Below are positions 29,951 to 38,979 of a stretch of 64,000 nt of DNA, piece after piece. The stretch's first letter is position 1; the number at the start of each line of letters is the position of its first letter. Source of the stretch: Candidatus Latescibacterota bacterium (GTDB lineage Bacteria > Latescibacterota > UBA2968 > UBA8231); contig OZ241867.1 in the NCBI GenBank assembly GCA_965203175.1, positions 5,408,001 to 5,472,000 on the forward strand, given 5' to 3'. The notes below the pieces were generated by a model. The model made no database searches. It saw only the letters and a list, made by a program, of their open reading frames with translations, and was not told where the DNA came from. Position numbers and translations under genes: made by a program.

Positions 29951-31210
29951 TCAGCCGGTGAAGCTACCAAACACCAGCGCCACGTTGTGGCCGCCAAAGC
30001 CAAAGGAATTGTTGAGGGCGTAGTTTACCTGCACGCGGCGCGCCTCGTTGGGCACGTAGTCGAGGTCGCAGTCGGGGTCGGGGTTTTCGTAGTTGATCGT
30101 CGGCGGCAGGATCCCGCTTTTGAGTGCCATGATGCAGGCGATGCTCTCGATGGCCCCGGCTGCGCCCAATAGATGCCCAGTCATCGACTTGGTCGAACTT
30201 ACGGCCATGCTGTCGGTGTGGCCGGCGAAGACCGTCTTGAGCGCCGCGGTCTCCTGCTGGTCGCCCATGGGCGTCGAGGTGCCATGGGCATTGACGTATC
30301 CGATGTCGCTCGGGTCCAAACCCCCATCCTGCAGCGCAATGCGCATGGCCCGCGCACCGCCCTCAGCCTCTGGCGCCATCGCCGTCTGGTGATAGGCGTC
30401 GGCGGTAAAACCGAGCCCGAGGAATTCGCCGTAGATCTCGGCACCGCGCCTTTGCGCGTGCTCCAATTCCTCCAAAATGACGGCCCCGGCTCCTTCGCCA
30501 AGCACGAAGCCATCGCGCTCGGAGTCAAAGGGCCGGCTGGCCCGCTCGGGCTCGTCGTTGCGCGTCGATAGGGCCTTGGCCGAGGAAAAGCCGGCCATGG
30601 AAATAGGCGTAACGGCCGCTTCCGAGCCGCCAGTCACCATCACGTCAGCTTCCCCGTACTGGATCTTGCGCGCCGACTCGCCGAGCGCGTGGGCAGCCGA
30701 CGAACAAGCCGACACCGTGCCGTAGTTAGGCCCTTTGGCTCCTAAATCCATGGAGATCATGCCTGGGGCCATGTCGGAAATCATCATGGGCACGTAGAAC
30801 GGACTGATGCGCCTGGGGCCTTTCTCCAACAGGATAGTGTGCTGTTGTTCGTGGGTCTGGATTCCGCCAATACCCGAGCCCCAGATGACACCTACGCGCT
30901 CGGGGTCAACCGCTTCCATGTCGAGCCGGGCGCGGCTAGCCGCCTCCCTGGCCACGCACATCGCGTAGTGGGTGAAGGCGTCGTTGCGGCGCACATCCTT
31001 GCGGTCCATAACCGCCCCTGGGTCGAAATCCTTGACCTCGGCGGCGATCGTAGTCCGGTGCTGGGAAGTGTCGAACCTAGTGATCGGCCCAACCCCAGAG
31101 CGACCGGCTAGGAGCGCGTCCCAGAACGTCGGCAGGTCATTGCCATTGGGTGCTAAGACCCCCAAGCCCGTGACGACGGCTCTGCGCTTCTGCACTGGAC
31201 TGCCACTCAC
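29951..31210 (-). CDS. fabF: 3-oxoacyl-ACP synthase II
   Basis: [29 protein letters not shown]. Confidence 0.96.
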   Translation of the reverse strand: MSGSPVQKRRAVVTGLGVLAPNGNDLPTFWDALLAGRSGVGPITRFDTSQHRTTIAAEVKDFDPGAVMDRKDVRRNDAFTHYAMCVAREAASRARLDMEAVDPERVGVIWGSGIGGIQTHEQQHTILLEKGPRRISPFYVPMMISDMAPGMISMDLGAKGPNYGTVSACSSAAHALGESARKIQYGEADVMVTGGSEAAVTPISMAGFSSAKALSTRNDEPERASRPFDSERDGFVLGEGAGAVILEELEHAQRRGAEIYGEFLGLGFTADAYHQTAMAPEAEGGARAMRIALQDGGLDPSDIGYVNAHGTSTPMGDQQETAALKTVFAGHTDSMAVSSTKSMTGHLLGAAGAIESIACIMALKSGILPPTINYENPDPDCDLDYVPNEARRVQVNYALNNSFGFGGHNVALVFGSFTG

Positions 31211-31446
31211 GCCTTGCTGTTCTCTTCTAAATATTTAATCGCGTCGGCTACGACCATTATCTTCTCGGCGTCCTCGTCCGGGATGTCGATCCCGAATTCC
31301 TCCTCAAAGGCCATGACCAGCTCGACGGTATCGAGTGAGTCGGCACCCAAGTCGTCGATGAAAGATGCTTGGGGATTTACTTGATCCTGACTCACGCCGA
31401 GCTGTTCGACGACTAGATCTCTCACGCGCTCTTCAATAGAAGCCAT
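31207..31446 (-). CDS. acpP: Acyl carrier protein
   Basis: [20 protein letters not shown]. Confidence 0.97.
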   Translation of the reverse strand: MASIEERVRDLVVEQLGVSQDQVNPQASFIDDLGADSLDTVELVMAFEEEFGIDIPDEDAEKIMVVADAIKYLEENSKA

Positions 31447-31553
31447 GGTGCATTCCTCTTGGGATAAGAGTGAACAATTTTACCGCTGCGGCCAATAGCC
31501 TGCGGTCTTAAAATTAGAGTCTAAATATAGGCGATGGGCAAATTCTTTTAGTC

Positions 31554-32300
31554 TTATATGGCCATGCCGCCATCCACGGACAAGACCTGACCGGTGATAT
31601 AGGCAGCTTGATCTGACGCGAGGAACGCCACAGCGTGCGCCACGTCTTCCGGCGTCCCCGCCCGGCCCAGCGGCACCGTAGCAATCATCTGCTCCTGCTG
31701 CTGTTCCGTCAACCCGTCCGTCATGCCCGTTTCCGGCACCAACCCCGGGGCCACGGCATTGGCGGTGATCCCGCGCGAGGCCAACTCCCGCGCCAAGCTC
31801 TTGGTCAGGCCGATCAATCCAGCCTTGGACGCGGCGTAGTTGGCTTGCCCGGCATTGCCCAGCAATCCCACGACCGAAGTGATGTTGACGATCCGCCCAC
31901 CGCGGGCTTTGAGCATGGGGCGCACCGCCGCGCGGACACAGTTAAAAGCGCCTTTGAGGTTGATCGTCAAAACCTCGTCCCAATCCTCTTCCTTCATCCG
32001 CATCAACAAATTGTCGCGAGTGACGCCAGCGTTGTTGACCAGCACGTCCAACCGGCCCAACTCCGCAATCGTCGCGGCCACCAACTCGGCCGCCTGCTCG
32101 GCGTCGGCGACATCGGCCTGGCGCACGAGGCAACGACGTCCTAGGGCCTCAACAGCCGCGGCCACTTCACCAGCCGCCGCAACATTGCGGGCGCAGATCG
32201 CCAAGTCCGCGCCTTCTTCTGCCAAGCGCAGGGCAATGGCCCGGCCAATGCCCCGCGATCCACCCGTCACCAGCGCAACTTTTCCGTCCAAGAGTCCCAT
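31554..32300 (-). CDS. fabG: 3-oxoacyl-ACP reductase
   Basis: TGGSRGIG, NNAGVTRD, YAASK. Start ATG 32300. Confidence 0.95.
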   Translation of the reverse strand: MGLLDGKVALVTGGSRGIGRAIALRLAEEGADLAICARNVAAAGEVAAAVEALGRRCLVRQADVADAEQAAELVAATIAELGRLDVLVNNAGVTRDNLLMRMKEEDWDEVLTINLKGAFNCVRAAVRPMLKARGGRIVNITSVVGLLGNAGQANYAASKAGLIGLTKSLARELASRGITANAVAPGLVPETGMTDGLTEQQQEQMIATVPLGRAGTPEDVAHAVAFLASDQAAYITGQVLSVDGGMAI

Positions 32301-32301
32301 G

Positions 32302-33231
32302 TTATTCCGCTCCTTTTGCCGCGGCGATTTCTTCCACAGTACCCGCAAGCGCAACCGCGAGCTTGGGCGCAGTGCGGCGCACCAGTCCCCTTAGCACAGC
32401 CCCCGGCCCTACTTCAAAAGCGCGGTTGATACCCATAGCCGCCAGCCGCTGCATCGTCGCGCTCCAGCGAACCGGACCCGTAATCTGATGGATCAGGTGC
32501 AACCGCAGTTTTTCCGGGTCTTCCACAGGCTCAGCCGAGACATTGGTCAACACCGGCACGCGCGGCGGCGCAAAAGGCACCGCCTGTAACAGCGACTCCA
32601 TCTCCACAGCTGCCGACGCCATAAGCGGCGAGTGAAAAGCCCCACTGACGGCCAATTCGACGACGCGCCTAGCACCGGCTTGAGAAGCCAACTCGCTCAC
32701 CTGCGCCACCGCGGCCCGCTCACCCGACACCACGACTTGGCCCGGAGCGTTAAAATTGGCGGCTACTGCGATTCCCACATCCGCTACCTGTTGGCACAAG
32801 GCTACGACGTGGTCGTCGTCCAGACCGATCACCGCCCCCATCGTCCCCGACCACTCGCTGCCAGCCTCCAGCATCAACCGGCCGCGCGTTCCCACGAGTG
32901 TCAGGGCCTCGGCAAAGGAGAGCACTCCAGCCGCCACCAGCGCCGAATATTCCCCGAGGCTGTGTCCGGCTACGGCCACAGGCTGTAATCCAGTAGCGGC
33001 GAGCAACTCGTTGGCGGCGACGCTGTGGACGAAGACAGCCGGCTGCGTAACGTTGGTTTGCGTTAGTTGCTCGGCCGGCCCCTCAAAGCAAATCGCACTG
33101 AGTGGAAAACCCAGCACCTCGTCGGCCTCGGCAAAGCGCGTTCGCACCGACTCGTGCTGCTCGTAGAGGTCGCGGCCCATGCCCACGGCCTGCGAACCCT
33201 GTCCGGGAAACAAAAAGGCGCACCCGCCCAT
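32302..33231 (-). CDS. fabD: Malonyl-CoA-ACP transacylase
   Basis: FPGQGSQ, GHSLGEY, VSGAFHS. Confidence 0.96.
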   Translation of the reverse strand: MGGCAFLFPGQGSQAVGMGRDLYEQHESVRTRFAEADEVLGFPLSAICFEGPAEQLTQTNVTQPAVFVHSVAANELLAATGLQPVAVAGHSLGEYSALVAAGVLSFAEALTLVGTRGRLMLEAGSEWSGTMGAVIGLDDDHVVALCQQVADVGIAVAANFNAPGQVVVSGERAAVAQVSELASQAGARRVVELAVSGAFHSPLMASAAVEMESLLQAVPFAPPRVPVLTNVSAEPVEDPEKLRLHLIHQITGPVRWSATMQRLAAMGINRAFEVGPGAVLRGLVRRTAPKLAVALAGTVEEIAAAKGAE

Positions 33232-33232
33232 C

Positions 33233-34237
33233 TCACGACCCCCAGCGAAACAAGGCGCTGCCCCAAGTAAGGCCGCCGCCGACGCCGGTCATCAGCACCA
33301 AGTCGCCGCGCTCCAACCGACCTTGAGCAGCGGCTTCTGCCAAGGCAATGGGAATTGTCGCGGCCGTGGTATTGGCGTAGCGGTCGATATTCATCATCAC
33401 TTTTTCTGGGGGGAGATCCATGCGCTGGGCCGCGGCGTCGATGATGCGTTTGTTGGCTTGATGTGGCACGAAAAGCTTGAGGTCTGCGCCCGTAAGACCG
33501 TTGCGCTCCAGCAGGCTGACCGACACTTCGGCCATTTTTTCCACGGCAAACCGGAAGACCGTGCGCCCTTCTTGGCGGATGTAGTGCATGCGCTGATCTA
33601 CGGTTTCGTGCGAAGGAGGATGCAGGCTGCCGCCGCCTTTGATGTGCAGGCATTCGACCGCGGCCCCGTCGGCGTATAACTCAAAGTCGATCATGCCGCC
33701 CCCATCCTCACCGCGTTCTAACAATACCCCACCCGCCCCGTCGCCAAAGAGCACGCAAGTCGCGCGGTCCTCAAAGTCGAGGATGCTGCTCATCTTGTCG
33801 GCACCGATGACCATCACCCGGCGATGCGCGCCGCTTTCGATGAACTGAGCGCCGGTCGCCACGGCAAAGACAAAGCCGGAGCAAGCCGCCGACAGGTCGT
33901 AGGCCCAGACCCGGCTGGCTCCGATGGCATGTTGCACCAAGCAGGCCGTCGCCGGAAAGATCATGTCTGGCGTAATGGTCGCGACGATGATTAGGTCGAT
34001 GTCATCGGCGTCGATTCCACGGCGCGCCAATAGCTCTTGGGCCACGGCGATAGCCATGGTGGAGGTCGGCTCGTCCGCCGGCAGGAAGCGCCGCTCGGAA
34101 ATGCCGGTGCGCGAGCGGATCCACCCGTCCGAGGTGTCCACCAGCCGTTCCATATCGGCGTTGGTGATCACCTTGTCGGGCAGGAAGTGCGCAGTGGCCG
34201 TAATGGCCGCGCGAATTCTTTTCCCCTCTTCAGTCAC
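33233..34237 (-). CDS. fabH: 3-oxoacyl-ACP synthase III
   Basis: AACSGF, LFGDGAG, PHQAN, ANTT, GGGLTWG. Confidence 0.96.
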   Translation of the reverse strand: MTEEGKRIRAAITATAHFLPDKVITNADMERLVDTSDGWIRSRTGISERRFLPADEPTSTMAIAVAQELLARRGIDADDIDLIIVATITPDMIFPATACLVQHAIGASRVWAYDLSAACSGFVFAVATGAQFIESGAHRRVMVIGADKMSSILDFEDRATCVLFGDGAGGVLLERGEDGGGMIDFELYADGAAVECLHIKGGGSLHPPSHETVDQRMHYIRQEGRTVFRFAVEKMAEVSVSLLERNGLTGADLKLFVPHQANKRIIDAAAQRMDLPPEKVMMNIDRYANTTAATIPIALAEAAAQGRLERGDLVLMTGVGGGLTWGSALFRWGS

Positions 34238-34259
34238 GCAAGCATCCGCCCCGAGCAGC

Positions 34260-34442
34260 CTAGACTTCAGGCTCTACGTATTCGCGGCCTCGATAGAAGC
34301 CGCAGCTCGGGCAGACGCGATGGGGCAAGGCGGGTTGTCCGCAGTGGGAGCAAGTAGTCCTCGCCGCTGCCTTGATCTTCCAGTGAGTGCGCCGCTTGTC
34401 GCGGCGGGTGCGCGAAATTCTCCTCTTAGGTACTGCAGCCAC
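34260..34442 (-). CDS. rpmF: 50S ribosomal protein L32 (Zn-binding form)
   Basis: AVPKRRISRTRRDKRRTH; CSHC and CPSCGFYRG. Confidence 0.96.
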   Translation of the reverse strand: MAAVPKRRISRTRRDKRRTHWKIKAAARTTCSHCGQPALPHRVCPSCGFYRGREYVEPEV

Positions 34443-34454
34443 GGGGAACTCCTC

Positions 34455-34994
34455 TCAAGAATTTTCTTTGGGTTGGGAAAAATCGATCTGTGCGAGGGCG
34501 GCCCAACGCGGGTCCACTTCTCGCTCCTGTTCGGCGGTGGGTTCGTCGGCTCCGTCAACTCCGCAGTGCGGGCATCGCCCATCGGCGTCCGGGGTGGGTA
34601 TGCGCATCGGCAAATCTAAGATTACGGCCTCGCGAATGTACGCGCACAAATCGAACTCGCGCGTCCCCGGATCGACGATCTCGATGAACCCGTCTTTTTC
34701 GGCCGACGCCAACTCTTCGGGGGTAGCCTGGCGGCGCTGCAAGAGCAAGCGGAACCGCGCTGCGACCTCTTCTTGTACTTCCTCTAGACAGCGATAGCAC
34801 TCGCCGGCAATCCGGCAGGTGACAACCCCGTCGATCCTGAAGTTGTCGAGCGCGCGCCGCACCTCAATGCGGGCTTCCACGCTGGAGGGGAAAGCGAAAA
34901 ATTCGTCTTTTAGCTCCAGTTCCTCTGCGCGCAGATCAAAGGCGAGCGCATTGGGGCCCTCTGCGAGGTCGTCGAGTACTAGCAAGGCGCTCAT
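34455..34994 (-). CDS. yceD: DUF177 / YceD family protein
   Basis: CYRCL, DPRWAAL; directly upstream of rpmF. Start ATG 34994. Confidence 0.88.
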   Translation of the reverse strand: MSALLVLDDLAEGPNALAFDLRAEELELKDEFFAFPSSVEARIEVRRALDNFRIDGVVTCRIAGECYRCLEEVQEEVAARFRLLLQRRQATPEELASAEKDGFIEIVDPGTREFDLCAYIREAVILDLPMRIPTPDADGRCPHCGVDGADEPTAEQEREVDPRWAALAQIDFSQPKENS

Positions 34995-35002
34995 GGGATT
35001 GC

Positions 35003-35404
35003 TCAGTCGGCAAAGAAAAACGCGATCTCGGACTTGGCGTTGGCCGCTGAGTCCGAGGCGTGCACGGCGTTGCACTGCACGTCCGTGCCAAAGTCGCCGC
35101 GAATTGTGCCCGTCGGAGCCTCTGTGCTATTGGTCGGCCCGATAAAATCGCGCAAATGCGCCACCGCGTCGGCGCGCTCTAGCACCATCGGCACCGCTGG
35201 CCCCGAGGTCATAAATTCCACCAACTCGCCGTAAAAGGGTCGCTCCCGATGCACGGCGTAGAAGGCCCGCGCTTGCTCGGCAGATAGCTCGACCATGCGC
35301 AGAGCGCGCACCACAAACCCCTCGCCCTCCACGCGGGCAATAATCTGGCCGATGGCGTTTTTGGCGACCGCATCGGGCTTGATGATCATCAACGTGCGTT
35401 CCAT
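35003..35404 (-). CDS. ndk: Nucleoside diphosphate kinase
   Basis: ERTLMIIKPDAV, GTIRGDF, NAVHASDS. Confidence 0.96.
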   Translation of the reverse strand: MERTLMIIKPDAVAKNAIGQIIARVEGEGFVVRALRMVELSAEQARAFYAVHRERPFYGELVEFMTSGPAVPMVLERADAVAHLRDFIGPTNSTEAPTGTIRGDFGTDVQCNAVHASDSAANAKSEIAFFFAD

Positions 35405-35457
35405 AAATAGAATTTATTTCCTCGGCAAGTGCTTTCCCTAGTTAAACAAAAGTCTGA

Positions 35458-35486
35458 AAAATAGGAGCCAATCGGTTTTGTGTCAA
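35458..35486 (-). promoter_or_regulatory. Sigma70-type promoter for the ndk operon
   Basis: Minus strand TTGACA-N17-TATTTT. Confidence 0.6.
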
Positions 35487-35549
35487 TGGACGGCCCGCGC
35501 AACAAAATGCCCTAAGTATCGCTTTCATAACGAGTTCGGCGCATATTTC

Positions 35550-35578
35550 TTGACAGGGTAACACGCCTCTCCTAGATT
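35550..35578 (+). promoter_or_regulatory. Sigma70-type promoter for the HD-domain gene
   Basis: TTGACA-N17-TAGATT. Confidence 0.65.
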
Positions 35579-35588
35579 GGCCAATACT

Positions 35589-36932
35589 ATGGATTATCCA
35601 CTTTTAGCCGAAGAAGGCAAGGCCTTCCGCGATCCGGTTTGGGGCTATATCCACTTCCCCGCTCCCGTCCTCGCCCTCGTCGATACCCGGGCCTTCCAGC
35701 GCCTGCGCAACATCTCCCAGCTCGGCTACGTGCATCTGGTGTACCCAGGCGCGCGCCACTCGCGTTTTGAGCATTCGCTGGGCGTCTATCACTTGGCCAA
35801 GCAGTTTTTGACCCGTCTCCTCGACTCGGACCCGCCCCTAGTGCTGAGCGAAGAGGACGTGCGCGTCTTCATCGCCGCCACCTTGCTCCACGACATCGGC
35901 CACTACCCCTTCTCGCATACCCTCGAAGAGCTAAGACCCTTTTTCATCCGGCACGAAGAAGGGGCCCGGCAGATCATCGAAGACCAAAACGGCGAACTCT
36001 ACCAGACGATCGCCGATAAATTCCAGATTGATCCAGCGCGGGTAGCCAATGTCATCGACTACGAAAACATCGGTCGCGCGGTTCCCCCCGAGGACCTGCT
36101 CTTGGCCAATATCCTCAGCAGCACCCTCGACCCCGACAAAATCGACTATCTCCTGCGCGATTCCATGTTCTGCGGCGTCCCCTTCGGCGAGAGCGTCAAC
36201 CGCGACCGCCTGATCGCCTCCATCAAGTTCGACTCTGAGCGCCAGCGGCTGGGCATCACCAGCAAGGGCGTCTCCGCGGTCGAGGCCCTTGTCTTTACCA
36301 ATTACCAAATGTACCGCAACGTGTACTGGCACCACGGCGTGCGCTCGGCGTCGGCCATGTTCAAGCGCGCCGTGCAAGAAATCCTCCTCCACCCGCACAA
36401 CCGGCTCGACTTCTCCGATTTCCACCGCCTCACCGAGAGTGGGCTAATCGCTCGCCTCCAGCGCGAGCAGGAGCGCCTAGGGCTGGAAACCTCCGCCCAG
36501 CTCCTCGAAGGCACGATCTACCGCCGCCTCTACAAGGTCGCTACCGTCATCCACCCCAGCGAGCGCACCCAGCCTCTGATGAACCGCCTCGACTTTCTCT
36601 TTCGCCATCCCTATAAGCGCCGCGCCAAGGAAATCGAGCTGTGCCAAGTCTTCGGCCAGCGGCTTGGCCGCTCGTTCCAAGGTCACGAGATCCTCATCGA
36701 CATCCCCAGCTTCAACAAGACCCCCGAAGTCGATCTGAGAGTTTTCTACGGTCGCACGCTTCCCGCCGACAAGACCGACCCCCTGACCTTTGCCGACCCA
36801 GAGGTCTCCCGCCTGCGCGACTCGCTGCTGCACAACTTCGAGGACCAAGCCAAAATTTTCCGTATCTTCTGCATTGACGACCCCGACCTGCGGGAGTTGG
36901 TGGGCAAAGAGGCCAAGCAGTATCTCAGTTGA
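35589..36932 (+). CDS. HD-domain phosphohydrolase (dNTP triphosphohydrolase/COG1078-like)
   Basis: FRDPVWGYI, FQRLRNISQLG, HSRFEHSLG, LLHDIGHYPFSH, DKIDYLLRD, VYWH. ATG 35589 preferred because the TTG at 35577 overlaps the -10 box. Confidence 0.88.
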   Translation: MDYPLLAEEGKAFRDPVWGYIHFPAPVLALVDTRAFQRLRNISQLGYVHLVYPGARHSRFEHSLGVYHLAKQFLTRLLDSDPPLVLSEEDVRVFIAATLLHDIGHYPFSHTLEELRPFFIRHEEGARQIIEDQNGELYQTIADKFQIDPARVANVIDYENIGRAVPPEDLLLANILSSTLDPDKIDYLLRDSMFCGVPFGESVNRDRLIASIKFDSERQRLGITSKGVSAVEALVFTNYQMYRNVYWHHGVRSASAMFKRAVQEILLHPHNRLDFSDFHRLTESGLIARLQREQERLGLETSAQLLEGTIYRRLYKVATVIHPSERTQPLMNRLDFLFRHPYKRRAKEIELCQVFGQRLGRSFQGHEILIDIPSFNKTPEVDLRVFYGRTLPADKTDPLTFADPEVSRLRDSLLHNFEDQAKIFRIFCIDDPDLRELVGKEAKQYLS

Positions 36933-36966
36933 AAATCGGTTCAAGTAGCCAGCCGGAAGCGACGGT

Positions 36967-37011
36967 TATTTCTTGCAGATCTAACATCAGATATTAAATT
37001 TGCAAGAAATA
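36967..37011. promoter_or_regulatory. Inverted repeat upstream of the AAA ATPase gene
   Basis: TATTTCTTGCA (36967-36977) ... TGCAAGAAATA (37001-37011): perfect 11-bp arms. Confidence 0.5.
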
Positions 37012-37023
37012 GGTTCGCATACT

Positions 37024-38253
37024 ATGCCCTATCTCAAGCGTCATTTGACGCAAACCATCCTTCGGGCCGCCGCAACCTTTCCCGCCGTTCTGGTCACCGG
37101 TGCGCGGCAGACGGGCAAAACCACCCTGTTGCGCCGAGAGTTCGGCGCTTCCCACCGCTATCTCTCGCTCGAACGCCCCGACATCCGGGCGCGCGCCCAA
37201 GCCGATCCAATCGCCTTCCTCGCCGAGGCCGCCCCACCGGCGATCCTCGACGAGATCCAGTACGCGCCAGATCTGCTCCACTACATCAAAGAGGATATCG
37301 ACGCCAACCGCTTCCCCGGCCGCTGGCTCCTGACCGGGTCGCAGCACTTCGCGCTCATGCACGGCCTCAGCCAAACCCTCTCCGGTCGCGTCGCCGTCCT
37401 CTCCCTAGACCCGCTCTCCACAGCCGAAGTTGAACAACAACCAGCGCCGTCTAGCATTGATACCCTGCTAGACAAAGTGTTCGGTGCCTCCTCGGCTGCG
37501 GACCAACCATCGCAGCCGATTGAGCTCGCAGACTGGCTTTTACGCGGCGGCTTCCCCGAGCCGAGGATCAACCCGCAGGTGGATCGACAACTCTGGTTTG
37601 GCAGCTATGTCCAAACCTACCTCGAACGCGACGTGCGTGACCTAGCTCAGATCGCCGATTTGGGCGCTTTTACCCGCTTCCTCATGCTCGTCGGTGCCCG
37701 CACTGGCACCACGCTCAACATGACCGAACTCAGCCGCGAAGTCGGCGTCAGCAACCCGACGATCAAGCGCTGGCTCTCAGTGCTGGAAACCAGCCAGATC
37801 ATTTATCTGCTACAACCCTATTACCGCAACTTAGGCAAACGCCTGCGCAAAAGTCCCAAGCTCTACCTGATTGACCCTGGGTTAGCCACTTTCTTCCTCG
37901 GCCTCCACGCACCAGAATCGGTACTCCAAGGCCCCAGTCTAGGGGCGCTAGTGGAAACGGCCGTGGTAGGCGAGTGGCTAAAAGCCTGTCGGCAACAGGG
38001 CGAAAAACCAAATCTGTACTACTGGCAATCGAACACCATCGCCGAAGTAGATCTCGTCATCGAACGCGGCGGCGCGCTCTACGGCATCGAGGCCAAAGCT
38101 ACCGCCACGCCCACGCCAAACCACGCTGAGGGTCTGGCGCGCTGGCTCGCCCTCGTCGGCTCCCAAGCTAGCGGCGTCCTAGCCTGCCGCGTCGATGCAC
38201 CGCACACTTTGCGGCCGGGCATCCGCGCTGTTCCCTGGCACCTCACTTGGTAG
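37024..38253 (+). CDS. AAA_14 ATPase with DUF4143 domain
   Basis: GARQTGKTT, ILDEIQ, LTGS, GGFPE, TYLERD, KSPKLYLIDPGL, EVDLV..IEAK. Confidence 0.9.
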   Translation: MPYLKRHLTQTILRAAATFPAVLVTGARQTGKTTLLRREFGASHRYLSLERPDIRARAQADPIAFLAEAAPPAILDEIQYAPDLLHYIKEDIDANRFPGRWLLTGSQHFALMHGLSQTLSGRVAVLSLDPLSTAEVEQQPAPSSIDTLLDKVFGASSAADQPSQPIELADWLLRGGFPEPRINPQVDRQLWFGSYVQTYLERDVRDLAQIADLGAFTRFLMLVGARTGTTLNMTELSREVGVSNPTIKRWLSVLETSQIIYLLQPYYRNLGKRLRKSPKLYLIDPGLATFFLGLHAPESVLQGPSLGALVETAVVGEWLKACRQQGEKPNLYYWQSNTIAEVDLVIERGGALYGIEAKATATPTPNHAEGLARWLALVGSQASGVLACRVDAPHTLRPGIRAVPWHLTW

Positions 38254-38979
38254 GTTGGTTACAGAGCTTGCTTATTAGTGTATTCGTTTGAAAATTAGGC
38301 AGCGACCTAGCTCTTGTGATAGCTGGCTGCGGCAGCTAGATTCAAGTCACAACAGGCTCAGCCGGGACCAATTATACCTTTTGGGTCAGAGATCACTATA
38401 AAATCCCCGAATAAGCCGCAAGGATTACAGAAATATCACTCATATGTCCCTGCGTTTTATGTCTGTCTCTTAAGACTCATCGTAAAGCGCGTGGCGCACC
38501 TTAATTTCAAACGGATACACTACCCACAGACGAAGGGATAGAGTAATGCCACCGATAGCTAAAGCAATCGGCTTTACCCTCTCCGGCCCTACCGCCGCGA
38601 CCCGGCCTGGGACGAACCGGAGGAGTATACGAGACCCATTACAACCGCACTGGCTGCTTGGCGTAGAGACCGTCGCCGTCTCTACTGGCCTCCTCCCCAT
38701 CCTGCCGCAGCACCGTCTGGCATTAGAGATGAGTACTGCTCGGCGAACGCCAGGAGCGGTAGAGGCAACAGACGTTGCGTACCGCCCGCCCCGAAGGTTG
38801 AGCCGAGCAGGCGCTGAAGGTTGGGTGCTCAACCTGCCAAGAGGGATACCGTCCACATGGAACCGCGTCAAGTTTGAACCTACTCAGCAAGCCAAAACGC
38901 CTTGTGCGTTTCGGCTTCATCGCCGTTTCAATCCCTATCCCTCTGCCGACTCAAATCGCCAGTCTCACGGGAGGTATCT

